From positions 14,458 to 78,457 of the forward strand of contig CAVRIW010000009.1 of NCBI GenBank assembly GCA_963721375.1: DNA of 64,000 bases, read 5' to 3'. Both the position numbers and the translations under genes were made by a program. Positions 25,667 to 35,511 of the stretch are shown piece by piece. Under the pieces are notes generated by a model. It was given only the letters and a program-made list of their open reading frames with translations, made no database searches and was not told where the DNA came from. Origin of the DNA: an uncultured beta proteobacterium (GTDB lineage Bacteria; Pseudomonadota; Gammaproteobacteria; Burkholderiales; Gallionellaceae). Positions within the stretch are counted from its first letter, which is position 1, and each line of letters starts with the position of its first letter.

Positions 25667-27147
25667 TGCCACGCATCCTGCTTTTTCTGAGCGCCGAATC
25701 CTTCCAGGCTTACACTTGGAAAAATTCGGACATGGCAGTGGCGGGCAGTTATTCCAACGATGCCGACGGACGCACGCGCTTCGCCGCCTTCCTCGAACAA
25801 AATCGCCGTCCCACCTATTTGCTGGTCGACATCATCGAGGAAGACTTCCATCTGGAGGGCGTTCCGCACTTGATCGGCAGCAACCGCAGCGCGCTGCTGG
25901 AACGCAAATTCGAACAGTACTACCGCAGCACCCCGTTCCGTCAGGCCACACTCTTGCAGCGCCAAAGCGAAGGACGGCGCGATGATGAGTTCCTGTTCTC
26001 CGCACTGACCAACCCGCAACGCATCTCACCCTGGCTGGACACCCTGCTGGCGCGGCGTACCCCGCTGGTCGGCCTGTACTCGATCCCCGTCGTCAGCGCC
26101 CCGCTGCTGCAACACATCGACTCCGAGCACGTGCTGCTGCTGTCCTGGGAGAAGAGCGCCGGCCTGCGCCAGACCTATTTCAACAACAAGCGCCTGCACT
26201 TCTCGCGCCTGATCCCGATCGGCGACGACAGCTCGTTTGCCCAAGCAGTCGCCGATGAAACACCGCGCACCCAGCAATACCTCAAGAGCCTGTCCCTGCC
26301 GCCGCCGGGCGAAGTGCTGGATGTGCACATCATCTGCCATGCCAACGACCGGGCCGCACTGCAAACCACACTGTCCAGCGACAACGACTTGCGTTACACC
26401 TATCTCGACATCAACGAGTTCGCCCGGCGGCGCAAGTGCCAATACCCGTTCACCGATTCCGATGCCACGCCGCTGTTCCTGCATCTGCTCGCCACCCGCG
26501 CGCCGGCCGCCCACTACGCCAATTCCAATCACACCCACTTCTACCTGTTGTGGCAACTGCGCCGCTTGTTCTTCGGCCTGGCTGCGGCAACCGCTTTGGT
26601 CGGATTGTTGTGGAGCGGCATCTCGTTCTGGCAGGGCAACGAATTCTCCTCAGACACCGAGCCGCTGCAGACGCAGGCCGCGCAACTGCACCAGCAGACG
26701 CAACAAGTGCAGGGCCGCTTCGCCAACACCTCGGTGCCCGCTGCCGACATGAAGACAGCGGTGCTGCTGGCACGCAACCTCAACGACTATGCGCCGCCCA
26801 CCAAGGATGTGCTCTACCAACTCAGCGCCGTGCTGGAAAGATTCCCGCGCATCAAAATGAACAAGCTCGCGTGGCAAGCCAGCCCTGCGGATGCCGCACC
26901 CTCGCCCTACCCGGCACAAGTCATCACCTTCGACGGAGAATTGACCGATTTCGGCAATGAACATCGCCAGGCGCTCAGCTATCTGGAACGCTTCCAGAAG
27001 GCACTGGTCCAAAGCGGGTACACAGTCAGCGCGCAGACCCTGCCCCTGGATGTCAGCTCCAAAGGCAGCATCAGCGGCGACATCGGGACCAATGCAGACA
27101 AGCCCGCACAGTTCACCCTGAAGATCATCTGGAGACATCCGTCATGA
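25666..27147 (+). CDS. PilM/PilN (GspL/MshI)-like assembly protein
   Basis: Cytoplasmic N-domain, single TM, periplasmic domain; position in operon. Confidence 0.65.
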   Translation: MPRILLFLSAESFQAYTWKNSDMAVAGSYSNDADGRTRFAAFLEQNRRPTYLLVDIIEEDFHLEGVPHLIGSNRSALLERKFEQYYRSTPFRQATLLQRQSEGRRDDEFLFSALTNPQRISPWLDTLLARRTPLVGLYSIPVVSAPLLQHIDSEHVLLLSWEKSAGLRQTYFNNKRLHFSRLIPIGDDSSFAQAVADETPRTQQYLKSLSLPPPGEVLDVHIICHANDRAALQTTLSSDNDLRYTYLDINEFARRRKCQYPFTDSDATPLFLHLLATRAPAAHYANSNHTHFYLLWQLRRLFFGLAAATALVGLLWSGISFWQGNEFSSDTEPLQTQAAQLHQQTQQVQGRFANTSVPAADMKTAVLLARNLNDYAPPTKDVLYQLSAVLERFPRIKMNKLAWQASPADAAPSPYPAQVITFDGELTDFGNEHRQALSYLERFQKALVQSGYTVSAQTLPLDVSSKGSISGDIGTNADKPAQFTLKIIWRHPS

Positions 27148-27743
27148 GTTTCTCCGTTGCCGACATCCCGGAAATCAAATGGAGCCTGCTCTCCTTCGCC
27201 GTCAGCCTGGGCGTGGCGGCGAGCCTGATCAACGTCAGCGCCAGCTACCAGCATCAAACCCGGCAAGATCGCCAGACCGCGCAACGCCAGCTCACCGAAG
27301 CGCGCGACCAACTCATCGCGGCCCAAAGCGACCTGGAGAACATGGCGACCTACCAGCTGGAATTCCAGGCGTTGGATGCACAAAAAGTGATCGGCAATGA
27401 GCAACGGCTGGACTGGATGGAAGGTCTGGAAAAGATCCGCCAGCAGGGATATGTGCTCGACTTCAAGTACAGCATCGCTCCGCAACAGGCCTATGTGCCC
27501 AATCCTCCACTGGACACCGGCAACCTCGCGCTCAACATCAGCCCCATGACCTTGCAGATCGACCTGCTGCACGAAGAACAACTGCTGCACCTGTTCACCG
27601 CATTGAACACCCAGATAAATGGCTGGTTCATGCTTGAACGCTGCAGCCTGACCGCAACTGCTGCACAGGGCGCCAATCCGGGTCCGCTCAAGGCGGAATG
27701 CGCAGGCGGCTGGCTGACCATGAAGAACAGGAACGCGCCATGA
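27144..27743 (+). CDS. PilO/GspM (MshJ)-like protein
   Basis: N-terminal TM and coiled coil; ATGA overlap; operon position. Confidence 0.6.
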   Translation: MSFSVADIPEIKWSLLSFAVSLGVAASLINVSASYQHQTRQDRQTAQRQLTEARDQLIAAQSDLENMATYQLEFQALDAQKVIGNEQRLDWMEGLEKIRQQGYVLDFKYSIAPQQAYVPNPPLDTGNLALNISPMTLQIDLLHEEQLLHLFTALNTQINGWFMLERCSLTATAAQGANPGPLKAECAGGWLTMKNRNAP

Positions 27744-28285
27744 ACCCAAATAATCCATTAGACAGGGAGCACACTGTAGGAGCCAGCTTGCTGGCGAATA
27801 TCACGAACATTTTCGCCAGCAAGCTGGCTCCTACGAAGAGCGCAATTTCTAATGGATTATCCGGGATGAATAGATACTCGCTATCACTCCTGCTGTCACT
27901 GCTGCCAGCTCTGCCATTGCCTGCCCACGCTGCCGAACTGGGTCGCCTGTTCTACACCCCGCAGCAACGCGCACAACTCGAAGCGCAACGAACCACCACC
28001 GACAACACCGAAAGCGGAGTGCGCAACTCCATCATCGTCAACGGCGTGATCCAGAAACAAGGCGGCAAGCGCATCGTGTGGATCAACGGCAAGCAACAGC
28101 CTGCCGACAATGGCAACGAAAGAACTCCTGCCAGCGTCCCCGTCACCGTGCCGGGAAAATCGCGGCCGGTGCAGCTCAAGGTCGGACAGCGACTGCTGCT
28201 GGACACGCCGCCACCGAGCACCACCGGCGAAGATAAATCCGAACAAGCCGCCCCCGCCAAACCCGCTGCCGAAGAGGACGACTAG
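27740..28285 (+). CDS. Exported pilus-cluster protein (MshK-like); ancestral start likely 27866
   Basis: Signal peptide MNRYSLSLLL...AHA from 27866; LGRLFYTPQQRAQLE; first 42 codons come from an inserted element. Confidence 0.7.
   Translation: MNPNNPLDREHTVGASLLANITNIFASKLAPTKSAISNGLSGMNRYSLSLLLSLLPALPLPAHAAELGRLFYTPQQRAQLEAQRTTTDNTESGVRNSIIVNGVIQKQGGKRIVWINGKQQPADNGNERTPASVPVTVPGKSRPVQLKVGQRLLLDTPPPSTTGEDKSEQAAPAKPAAEEDD
27745..27865. mobile_element. 121-bp MITE-like element carrying a GTAG-REP doublet
   Basis: 18-bp TIRs (16/18), 5-bp ATGAA direct repeats at 27740-44 and 27866-70, internal perfect 23-bp IR GTAGGAGCCAGCTTGCTGGCGAA (27776-98 / 27812-34). Confidence 0.85.
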
Positions 28286-28288
28286 ATC

Positions 28289-29488
28289 ATGTCAGCCACC
28301 TCTCACATCAAGTGCAACCATAGCTCGAACCAGCGCAGCCAGCGTGGTGCGGTGTTCATCGTCATGCTGGTCGTCATGGTGCTGGGCGCGGCAACCATAC
28401 TCGTGAGTTCATTGAGCAAGGCTACGCTTCAAATTGACCGTGACAAGAAAACCGCAGAAGCTCTGGCACAAGCAAAAGAGGCATTGATCTCATATGCCAT
28501 TAGCAGCGAGAACGCCGGCGGTTCCACGGCACGGCCAGGTAATTTCCCTTGCCCTGATTCCAACGCACCCGGCACAAGTGGCTATGGCAACGAGGAGGCA
28601 AATTGCTCCGCCGGTGCTATTGGAAGACTGCCCTGGAAGACTCTCGGCATACCAGAGCTGCTTGATGGCAATGGCGAGCCGCTGTGGTATGCACTTTCGA
28701 CCAATTTCCAAAAATTGGCTAACCGTATTAACAGCGACACAAGCGGTACGCTGCAGGTTTATGACCGAGACGGAACCACACTGCTGACGCCACAAGGCAG
28801 TGAAGCCGTCGCAATTGTATTTGCCCCTGGAGTGGCACTTGGCAACCAACAGAGAAATACTGCTTCCGACAGAACCGCCCCCTCCAATTATCTGGATGCA
28901 GCTAATGGCCGCAACAACGCCACTATCGGCGGCCCCTTCATCACTGCGGATAAAAGCGCTTCATTCAACGACCGTCTGATGATTATAAGAACGCGCGACT
29001 TCATACCCACGATTGAAAAAAGGGTCGCAAAGGAGCTTCAAACCATCTTGGAGAATTATCGTGCGGACAATGGGACATATCCATATCCTGCCTCGTTTAG
29101 CAGCTGTTACAACAGCTCAACTTGCGACAGCAACGCCTTTATCTGTCGAGGCCGTCTGCCTTATAACGCGCAGCCAGTTGACTGGGGGGGCGATTACTCT
29201 TTGCCTTCAACAGGTTCTTCACCTTGGTTTGCCAACAATCGCTGGTATCGTGTGATCTATTACGTTCCTCACCAGTTTGGCTGCTCATCACCTCTTCATG
29301 TTGATGGCAACAATGCTAGCGCATTGTTCTTCATGCCTGGTACTCCTCTTGGAAGTGTAAATCGTTCAAGTAACTACCCGAACAATAACTTGTCGTGGTA
29401 CTTGGAAGATGCAGAAAACCTAGACTCGGATTACAACTACGTTACACCCACACCCAATTCCAATGACCAGCTTTTTGTACTCCCATAG
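28289..29488 (+). CDS. Large minor pilin/pseudopilin (PilX/GspK-type N-terminus)
   Basis: SQRG|AVFIVMLVVMV prepilin-like leader without Glu5; PCPD and GRLPWKTLG motifs. Confidence 0.75.
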   Translation: MSATSHIKCNHSSNQRSQRGAVFIVMLVVMVLGAATILVSSLSKATLQIDRDKKTAEALAQAKEALISYAISSENAGGSTARPGNFPCPDSNAPGTSGYGNEEANCSAGAIGRLPWKTLGIPELLDGNGEPLWYALSTNFQKLANRINSDTSGTLQVYDRDGTTLLTPQGSEAVAIVFAPGVALGNQQRNTASDRTAPSNYLDAANGRNNATIGGPFITADKSASFNDRLMIIRTRDFIPTIEKRVAKELQTILENYRADNGTYPYPASFSSCYNSSTCDSNAFICRGRLPYNAQPVDWGGDYSLPSTGSSPWFANNRWYRVIYYVPHQFGCSSPLHVDGNNASALFFMPGTPLGSVNRSSNYPNNNLSWYLEDAENLDSDYNYVTPTPNSNDQLFVLP

Positions 29489-30257
29489 CCAAGCCGCAAG
29501 CCGTCCTCGCAGAAGAGTGGATCTTGGTTTCTCCTTGGTCGAAATGGCTATCGTGCTAGCCATCGTTGCACTGCTCATGGCAGGTTTGTTACCCACGCTT
29601 TCCAGCCAGATTGAGCAACAGCACACCAGTGATACTCGCAAACAGCTTGATGAAATCCAGCAGGCACTGATCGGTTATGCCATAGCAAACGGCCGCATGC
29701 CCTGCCCTGCCTCTTCAACCAGCAATGGTGTTGAGAGTTTTGATACTGGCGCCGGCGGAAACGCCAGCAATGGCAGATGCTCAAACTTTTACAACGGATT
29801 TGTGCCTTCCGCGACACTAGGGCTGACCACCACAGACAGTTCCGGCTTTGCTGTCGATGGGTGGGGAAGCCGCATCCACTACGCAGTAACACAGGCCAAC
29901 AGCCGTGCTTTCACTAGCACCAACGGAATGAGCAATACAGGCATATCAACGCTTGCGCCTGACTTACAGGTATGCTCCATCGCAAGCACCAGCAGCTCTA
30001 CCTGTTCAGTAGCCAATTCCTCGCTTACTTCCAGCCCTGGCGTACCGATAGTTATCTATTCGACAGGAAAGAATGGCGGAACTGGCGGTACAGGCTCCGA
30101 TGAAGCAGAAAATCCAAACCCAAACAGCGCCGATAATGACCGCGTATTCGTCAGCCACACGCCGACAGGAAGCCCCAACGAATTCGACGACCTCGTCGTC
30201 TGGATATCGCCCAATATACTGATCAACCGCATGGTCGCGGCAGGCGAGTTACCTTAA
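29463..30257 (+). CDS. Type IV prepilin-like protein
   Basis: G|[14 protein letters not shown]-methylation motif; GRMPCPA; DGWG; FDDLVVW. Confidence 0.88.
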   Translation: MTSFLYSHSQAASRPRRRVDLGFSLVEMAIVLAIVALLMAGLLPTLSSQIEQQHTSDTRKQLDEIQQALIGYAIANGRMPCPASSTSNGVESFDTGAGGNASNGRCSNFYNGFVPSATLGLTTTDSSGFAVDGWGSRIHYAVTQANSRAFTSTNGMSNTGISTLAPDLQVCSIASTSSSTCSVANSSLTSSPGVPIVIYSTGKNGGTGGTGSDEAENPNPNSADNDRVFVSHTPTGSPNEFDDLVVWISPNILINRMVAAGELP

Positions 30258-31654
30258 GCTCTGCGCCAGGTCGTACCCTGTGCTGAATCTTCCAGCACGA
30301 TACCCGCTTCCAGCAGTTCCTTGCGAATACGGTCGGCCTCGGCGAAGTTCTTGGCCTTCTTGGCGGCGATGCGCGCTTCGATCTGTGCGTTGATCGCGGC
30401 ATCGTCCAGACCGCCTGCGCTTGCCTCACCCTGCAGAAATTGTTGCGGGTCGCGTTGCAGCAAGCCAAGCACGCCCGCCAATGCCTTGAGCTGCGCCGCT
30501 GCTTCTGCTGACTGATTGCGGTTCACTTCGTTGGCGAGATCGAACAGCACAGCGACGGCTTCCGGTGTATTGAGGTCGTCGTCCATCGCGGATTTGAAGC
30601 GGGCGGCGTAGGGAGCGCTCCAGTCAATGGAGCCCTCTCCCCCAGCCCCTCCCCCGCTAGCGGTGGAGGGGAGTTTAAGCGCGGTATAAAGCCTGGTCAG
30701 CGCACCCTTGGCATCGTCCAGATGCGCATCGGAATAATTCAGCGCGCTGCGGTAGTGCGCGCGCAGGATGAAGAAGCGCACCACTTCGGCATCGTATTGT
30801 TTCAGCACTTCGCGGATGGTGAAGAAGTTGCCGAGGCTCTTGGACATCTTCTCGTTGTCCACGCGCACGAAGCCGTTGTGCATCCAGTAGTTCACGTACT
30901 GGCACTGGTGTGCGCCTTCGCTCTGCGCGATCTCGTTCTCGTGGTGCGGGAACTGCAGGTCGGCGCCGCCGCCGTGGATGTCGAAATGATTGCCCAGCAA
31001 TTCCGAGCCCATGGCCGAGCATTCGATGTGCCAGCCGGGACGGCCTTTGCCCCACTTGGAATCCCACTTCACTTCGTCGGCTTCGCTTTCTTTCGCGCTC
31101 TTCCACAGCACGAAGTCGAGCGGATCGTTCTTGTTCTCAGCCACATCCACACGCTCACCCGCGCGCAGGTCTTCCAGCGATTTGCCGGAGAGTTTGCCGT
31201 AGCCCTCGAACTTGCGCACCGCGTAGTTCACATCGCCGTCTGCCGCCTGGTAGGCGAGGCCGTTCTTCTCCAGTTGCGCGATCATGTCCAGCATCTGCGG
31301 CACATACTGCGTGGCGCGCGGCTCGTGGTCGGGGCGCTGCACGCCAAGCGCATCGGCATCCTCGTGCATCGCGTCGATGAAGCGCTGCGTGAGTGCATGG
31401 ATGGACTCCTTGTTCTCCGCCGCGCGCTTGATGATCTTGTCGTCGATGTCGGTGATGTTGCGCACATAGGTGACGTCATAACCGGAAGCCTTCAGCCAGC
31501 GGTACACCATATCGAACACCACCATCACGCGCGCATGACCGAGGTGGCAGTAGTCGTACACCGTCATGCCGCAGACGTACATGCGGACCTTGTTCGCGTC
31601 GATGGGTTTGAATTCCTGCTTGTCGCGGGCGAGGGTGTTGTAGATTTTCAGCAT
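30254..31654 (-). CDS. cysS: Cysteinyl-tRNA synthetase
   Basis: [33 protein letters not shown]. Confidence 0.98.
   Translation of the reverse strand: MLKIYNTLARDKQEFKPIDANKVRMYVCGMTVYDYCHLGHARVMVVFDMVYRWLKASGYDVTYVRNITDIDDKIIKRAAENKESIHALTQRFIDAMHEDADALGVQRPDHEPRATQYVPQMLDMIAQLEKNGLAYQAADGDVNYAVRKFEGYGKLSGKSLEDLRAGERVDVAENKNDPLDFVLWKSAKESEADEVKWDSKWGKGRPGWHIECSAMGSELLGNHFDIHGGGADLQFPHHENEIAQSEGAHQCQYVNYWMHNGFVRVDNEKMSKSLGNFFTIREVLKQYDAEVVRFFILRAHYRSALNYSDAHLDDAKGALTRLYTALKLPSTASGGGAGGEGSIDWSAPYAARFKSAMDDDLNTPEAVAVLFDLANEVNRNQSAEAAAQLKALAGVLGLLQRDPQQFLQGEASAGGLDDAAINAQIEARIAAKKAKNFAEADRIRKELLEAGIVLEDSAQGTTWRRA
30633..30673. repeat. GC-rich palindromic insert inside cysS (encodes [14 protein letters not shown])
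   Basis: CCCCTCCCCCGCT|AGCGGTGGAGGGG, 12/13 pairs at 30646-30671, preceded by CCCTCTCCCCCAG. Confidence 0.6.
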
Positions 31655-31720
31655 TGAAATATTTCCAGAAACGACATCTATCAGTTATCCAGCCAGTCTG
31701 CGTTCATAAAAAGCTACAGG

Positions 31721-32047
31721 TCACTTCCGGCCATCCTGCACCACGACATGGGCACGTTCGATTTCCCGGCGGAAACTTTCCGGGATGCGCGCCCAGTCCA
31801 TCACGTCGACGCGAATGGGAAGATTGCTTTCGATGAAAGCCTCCTTGAGATCGTGAATGGCGCGATTTTCCGCGCGCAGGTCAGCGGAATTGCGCAGCAC
31901 AAGATCAAGGTCGCTGGCTTCATGGCCGCCGCCTGTGACGCGGCTGCCATAGGCCCATACCTCCACACTCGGCATGTGTTCGAGCAGCAGCACCTGCACT
32001 TGCTGCAGGTATTTCTGCGGCAGGTCGAGCACCGGAACGGCGGTCAC
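31721..32047 (-). CDS. Minimal nucleotidyltransferase (MntA-like antitoxin)
   Basis: YGSRVTGGGHEASDLDL (GS-x10-DxD); LPIRVDV. Confidence 0.9.
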   Translation of the reverse strand: MTAVPVLDLPQKYLQQVQVLLLEHMPSVEVWAYGSRVTGGGHEASDLDLVLRNSADLRAENRAIHDLKEAFIESNLPIRVDVMDWARIPESFRREIERAHVVVQDGRK

Positions 32048-32478
32048 GCCGCCTGTCCCTCGCCGCCGAAGCGGGCGCGCAACGTGGCTTCCAGCGTTTT
32101 GGCATCGGCGATAAAACCGGGCAACAAAGCCAGCGTTTCCATGGCAAAACCTTCGCCATAGTCGTGCGCGGTGTCGTTGCGATTGTCCCTATAAGCGAAC
32201 CAGCGCTCGACCTCTTCCACACTCATCAGGCTGTGAGTGGCCGAGAGGCGCAGCAACTCTTTCACTGGCGTGGCATCGAGTTTTTTGCCTCCATGACCGT
32301 AATCCTTGAGGGCGCGCTTGATGAGCTTGAACGCAGTCTCCTGCGTGAGTTCGTAGCCTTTAACAATGGCATTGCGAAACACTTCCTGGTTCGTGCTGCC
32401 GGGCTCGGCCTGGCGATAGAGCGTGAGCGAGGATTCGAGCGTATCAATGCAACGATTAAGATGATCGGTGTTAAGCAT
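32044..32478 (-). CDS. HEPN-domain protein, HI0074 family (HepT-like toxin)
   Basis: RNDTAHDY = Rx4HxY; YELTQE helix; 4-bp overlap with MNT gene. Confidence 0.88.
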   Translation of the reverse strand: MLNTDHLNRCIDTLESSLTLYRQAEPGSTNQEVFRNAIVKGYELTQETAFKLIKRALKDYGHGGKKLDATPVKELLRLSATHSLMSVEEVERWFAYRDNRNDTAHDYGEGFAMETLALLPGFIADAKTLEATLRARFGGEGQAA

Positions 32479-32539
32479 TACCTTGTTTCCTCCTTGCCAT
32501 CAATGTCTCAGCAGCCCCCGGGTGACTATGGCCTGGCTC

Positions 32540-34217
32540 TCAGCCCTGCTCTTTCGCCCAGGAATCCCTCAGTGTCACGGTGCGGTTGAACACCAGCTTG
32601 CCGCCCGGCTGATGCTCGCGGCGGTCGGTACAGAAATAGCCCAGGCGCTCGAACTGGTAGCGCGTCTCCGGTGCGGCGTCGCGCACAGCAGCTTCCACCC
32701 AGCCTTGCACCGAGGTGAGCGAGGCCGGATTGAGGTGCGTGCAGAAATCCACTTCCTTGTCCGCATCCGGCTCCGGCACGTTGAACAGGCGATCATACAA
32801 ACGGATCTCGGCAGGCAGTGCGTGCTCACGTGACAGGAAGTGGATCACGCCTTTGACTTTGCGCCCTTCCGGGTTCTTGCCCAGGGTGTTGTGGTCGATG
32901 CTGCACTTGAGCTCGATGACCTTGCCTGTCGCATCCTTCACCGCTTCGTCGCAGCGCATCACATAGCTGTGGCGCAGGCGGATCTCGCCGCCAAGGGTGA
33001 GGCGCTTCCAGCCGGCGGGCGGCACTTCGGCGAAGTCGTCGGCTTCGATGAGCAGGTCTTTGCCGAACGGCACCATGCGCTTGCCGAGTTCCGGCATGTT
33101 GGGATGGAAATCGGCTTCGCGCGTTTGCGCGCCGTCGGCATTGGTGATGGTGACCTTGAGCGGATTGATGATGGCCATCACGCGCGGTGCGCGCAGCTCC
33201 AGGTCTTCGCGGATCGCGCCTTCCATCACCGCCATATCCACGCTGTTCTCGCCCTTGGACACGCCGATGCGCTTGGCGAATTCGCGGATGCCTTCCGGCG
33301 TGTAGCCGCGACGGCGCATGCCGCTGATGGTGGGCATGCGCGGATCGTCCCAGCCGCTCACGTGTTTCTCGTTCACCAGTTGCAGCAGCTTGCGCTTGCT
33401 GGTGATGGTGTAGTGCAGTTCCAGCCGCGAGAACTCGTACTGGCGCGGATGACAGGGGATGGTGATGTGGTCCAGCACCCAGTCGTACAGCGGGCGGTGG
33501 TCTTCGAACTCCAGCGTGCAGATGGAATGGGTGATGCCTTCCAGCGCGTCGGAGATGCAATGGGTGTAGTCGTACATCGGGTAGATGCACCACTTGTCGC
33601 CGGTGCGGATGTGGTGCGCGCGGCGGATGCGGTAGATGGCCGGGTCGCGCATATTCATATTGGGCGAAGCCATGTCGATCTTGGCGCGCAAGCACCATCG
33701 CGCCGTCGGCGAACTCGCCGTTCTTCATGCGCGCGAACAGGTCGAGGTTCTCCGCCACGCTGCGGTCGCGGTTCGGGCTGTTCTTGCCGGGCTGCGTCAG
33801 CGTGCCGCGATATTCGCGCATCTGCTCAGGCGTCAGGTCGTCCACATAGGCCAGGCCCTTGTTGATCAGCTCCACTGCATAGCCGTACAGCGCGTCGAAA
33901 TAATCCGATGCCCAGTGCACCTGGCCGTCCCACTGGAAGCCCAGCCAGCGCACGTCCTCCTGGATGGACAGCGCGTATTCCTCGCTCTCCTTCTCCGGGT
34001 TGGTGTCGTCGAAACGCAGGTTGCACTTGCCGTGGTAGTCCTGTGCCAGCCCGAAGTTGAGGCAGATGGATTTGGCGTGGCCGACGTGCAGGTAGCCGTT
34101 CGGCTCCGGCGGGAAACGGGTGACGATGCTCTGGTGTTTGCCGGAGGCCAGATCGCCATCGATGATGGTGCGGATGAAATTGGAAACGGGTGCGGAGACG
34201 GGGGCGTTGCTGCTCAT
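32540..34217 (-). CDS. glnS: Glutaminyl-tRNA synthetase, one extra base ~33691
   Basis: [42 protein letters not shown]. Confidence 0.97.
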
Positions 34218-34392
34218 GATTTATTCGAAAAAGTGTCTGCAATGAAGGTGCGCGATTTTACCCGAAACCCGCCCCGCACCAACGATCACTTCTCGACGCA
34301 GGCAAACCGTGTAAGTCCCCGTCTTCTTTGGTAGAATCGCCGCCTGCCGATGGCCTGATGCCGTTGAAACCAATTCCAGAAAAACCAACACG

Positions 34393-35508
34393 ATGAACAT
34401 GTTCAAAAAATACAGTCTGGGTGTCGCGCTGTGCGCGTTGCTGTCGTTCAGCCTAACCAGCGGCGCGGACGAGATACAGGATGCCAACAAGCTTTTCAAG
34501 CAGGGCCAGAACGCGCAAGCGCTGGAGAAGGTCAACGCCTTCCTCGCAGGAAAACCCAAGGATGCGCAAGCGCGCTTTCTCAAGGGCTTGATCGTCAACG
34601 AGCAGGGCAACACCACCGAGGCGATCAAGATATTCAGCGACCTGACGGACGATTATCCCGAGTTGCCCGAGCCGTACAACAACCTCGCCGTGCTCTACGC
34701 CGGCCAGGGCCAATACGAAAAAGCCAAGGTCGCACTGGAGCTGGCGATACGCACCCATCCCAGCTACGCCACCGCGCATGAGAACCTCGGCGACATCTAC
34801 GCCAAGATGGCCAGCCAGGCTTACGACCGCGCGCTGCAACTGGACAAGAGCAACACCAGCACCCAAACCAAACTGGCGCTGATCCGCGACTTGTTCAGCA
34901 AGGTTCCGCGTAGCAGCAAGACTGTGCCGGCAGTGGCCACCGTGGTCGCGTCGGCTCCGGCAACCAGCACCACCGTCGCAGCGGCGCCGAGCGTCCCGCT
35001 GCCGATCACGCCAGCACCAGCCGCCAAGGCGCCGGTGGTCAGCACAGCGCCGATCGCCCCCAAGCCGGTTGCTGCCGCTCCCGTCGCCGCTCCTCTCGCT
35101 GCTATTGCGCCCGTACCTGTGGCGATACCTGTAGCGCCCAAGCCTGAAGCCGCACCCGTCGCCGACGTGAGCAGCGAGGTGTTGAAAGCGACGCGCGACT
35201 GGGCAGCCGCCTGGTCTGCCAAGAACAGCAAGAAATATCTGTCTTTCTACGCCAAGGAATTCAAGACACCCGACGGCGAAGACCGCAGTGCGTGGGAAAC
35301 ACAGCGCAAAGAGCGTATCGCCAAGCCCAAGTCCATTCATGTCGAGGCGCTGGATGCCAAGGCAAAGGTGGTGGACGCCCAGCGCGCCAGCGTCAGCTTC
35401 AAGCAGAGCTATCGCGCCAGCCATCTGAAGACATCGACCAGCAAGACGCTGGTTTGGGTGAAGGCGGATGATCGCTGGCAGATCGTGGAAGAACATGCGG
35501 GTAAGTGA
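34393..35508 (+). CDS. Exported TPR protein with Pro/Ala linker and C-terminal NTF2-like domain
   Basis: PELPEPYNNLAVLYA TPR; WAAAWSAK..YLSFY..WQIVEE. Confidence 0.8.
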   Translation: MNMFKKYSLGVALCALLSFSLTSGADEIQDANKLFKQGQNAQALEKVNAFLAGKPKDAQARFLKGLIVNEQGNTTEAIKIFSDLTDDYPELPEPYNNLAVLYAGQGQYEKAKVALELAIRTHPSYATAHENLGDIYAKMASQAYDRALQLDKSNTSTQTKLALIRDLFSKVPRSSKTVPAVATVVASAPATSTTVAAAPSVPLPITPAPAAKAPVVSTAPIAPKPVAAAPVAAPLAAIAPVPVAIPVAPKPEAAPVADVSSEVLKATRDWAAAWSAKNSKKYLSFYAKEFKTPDGEDRSAWETQRKERIAKPKSIHVEALDAKAKVVDAQRASVSFKQSYRASHLKTSTSKTLVWVKADDRWQIVEEHAGK

Positions 35509-35511
35509 CCG

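Noticed and set aside
27776-27834. CRISPR repeat
   Set aside because: Only two copies, in inverted orientation; no spacers or cas genes; it fits a GTAG-type REP doublet.
34920-35165. Tandem DNA repeat in the TPR gene
   Set aside because: Low-complexity Pro/Ala/Val linker without exact nucleotide periodicity.
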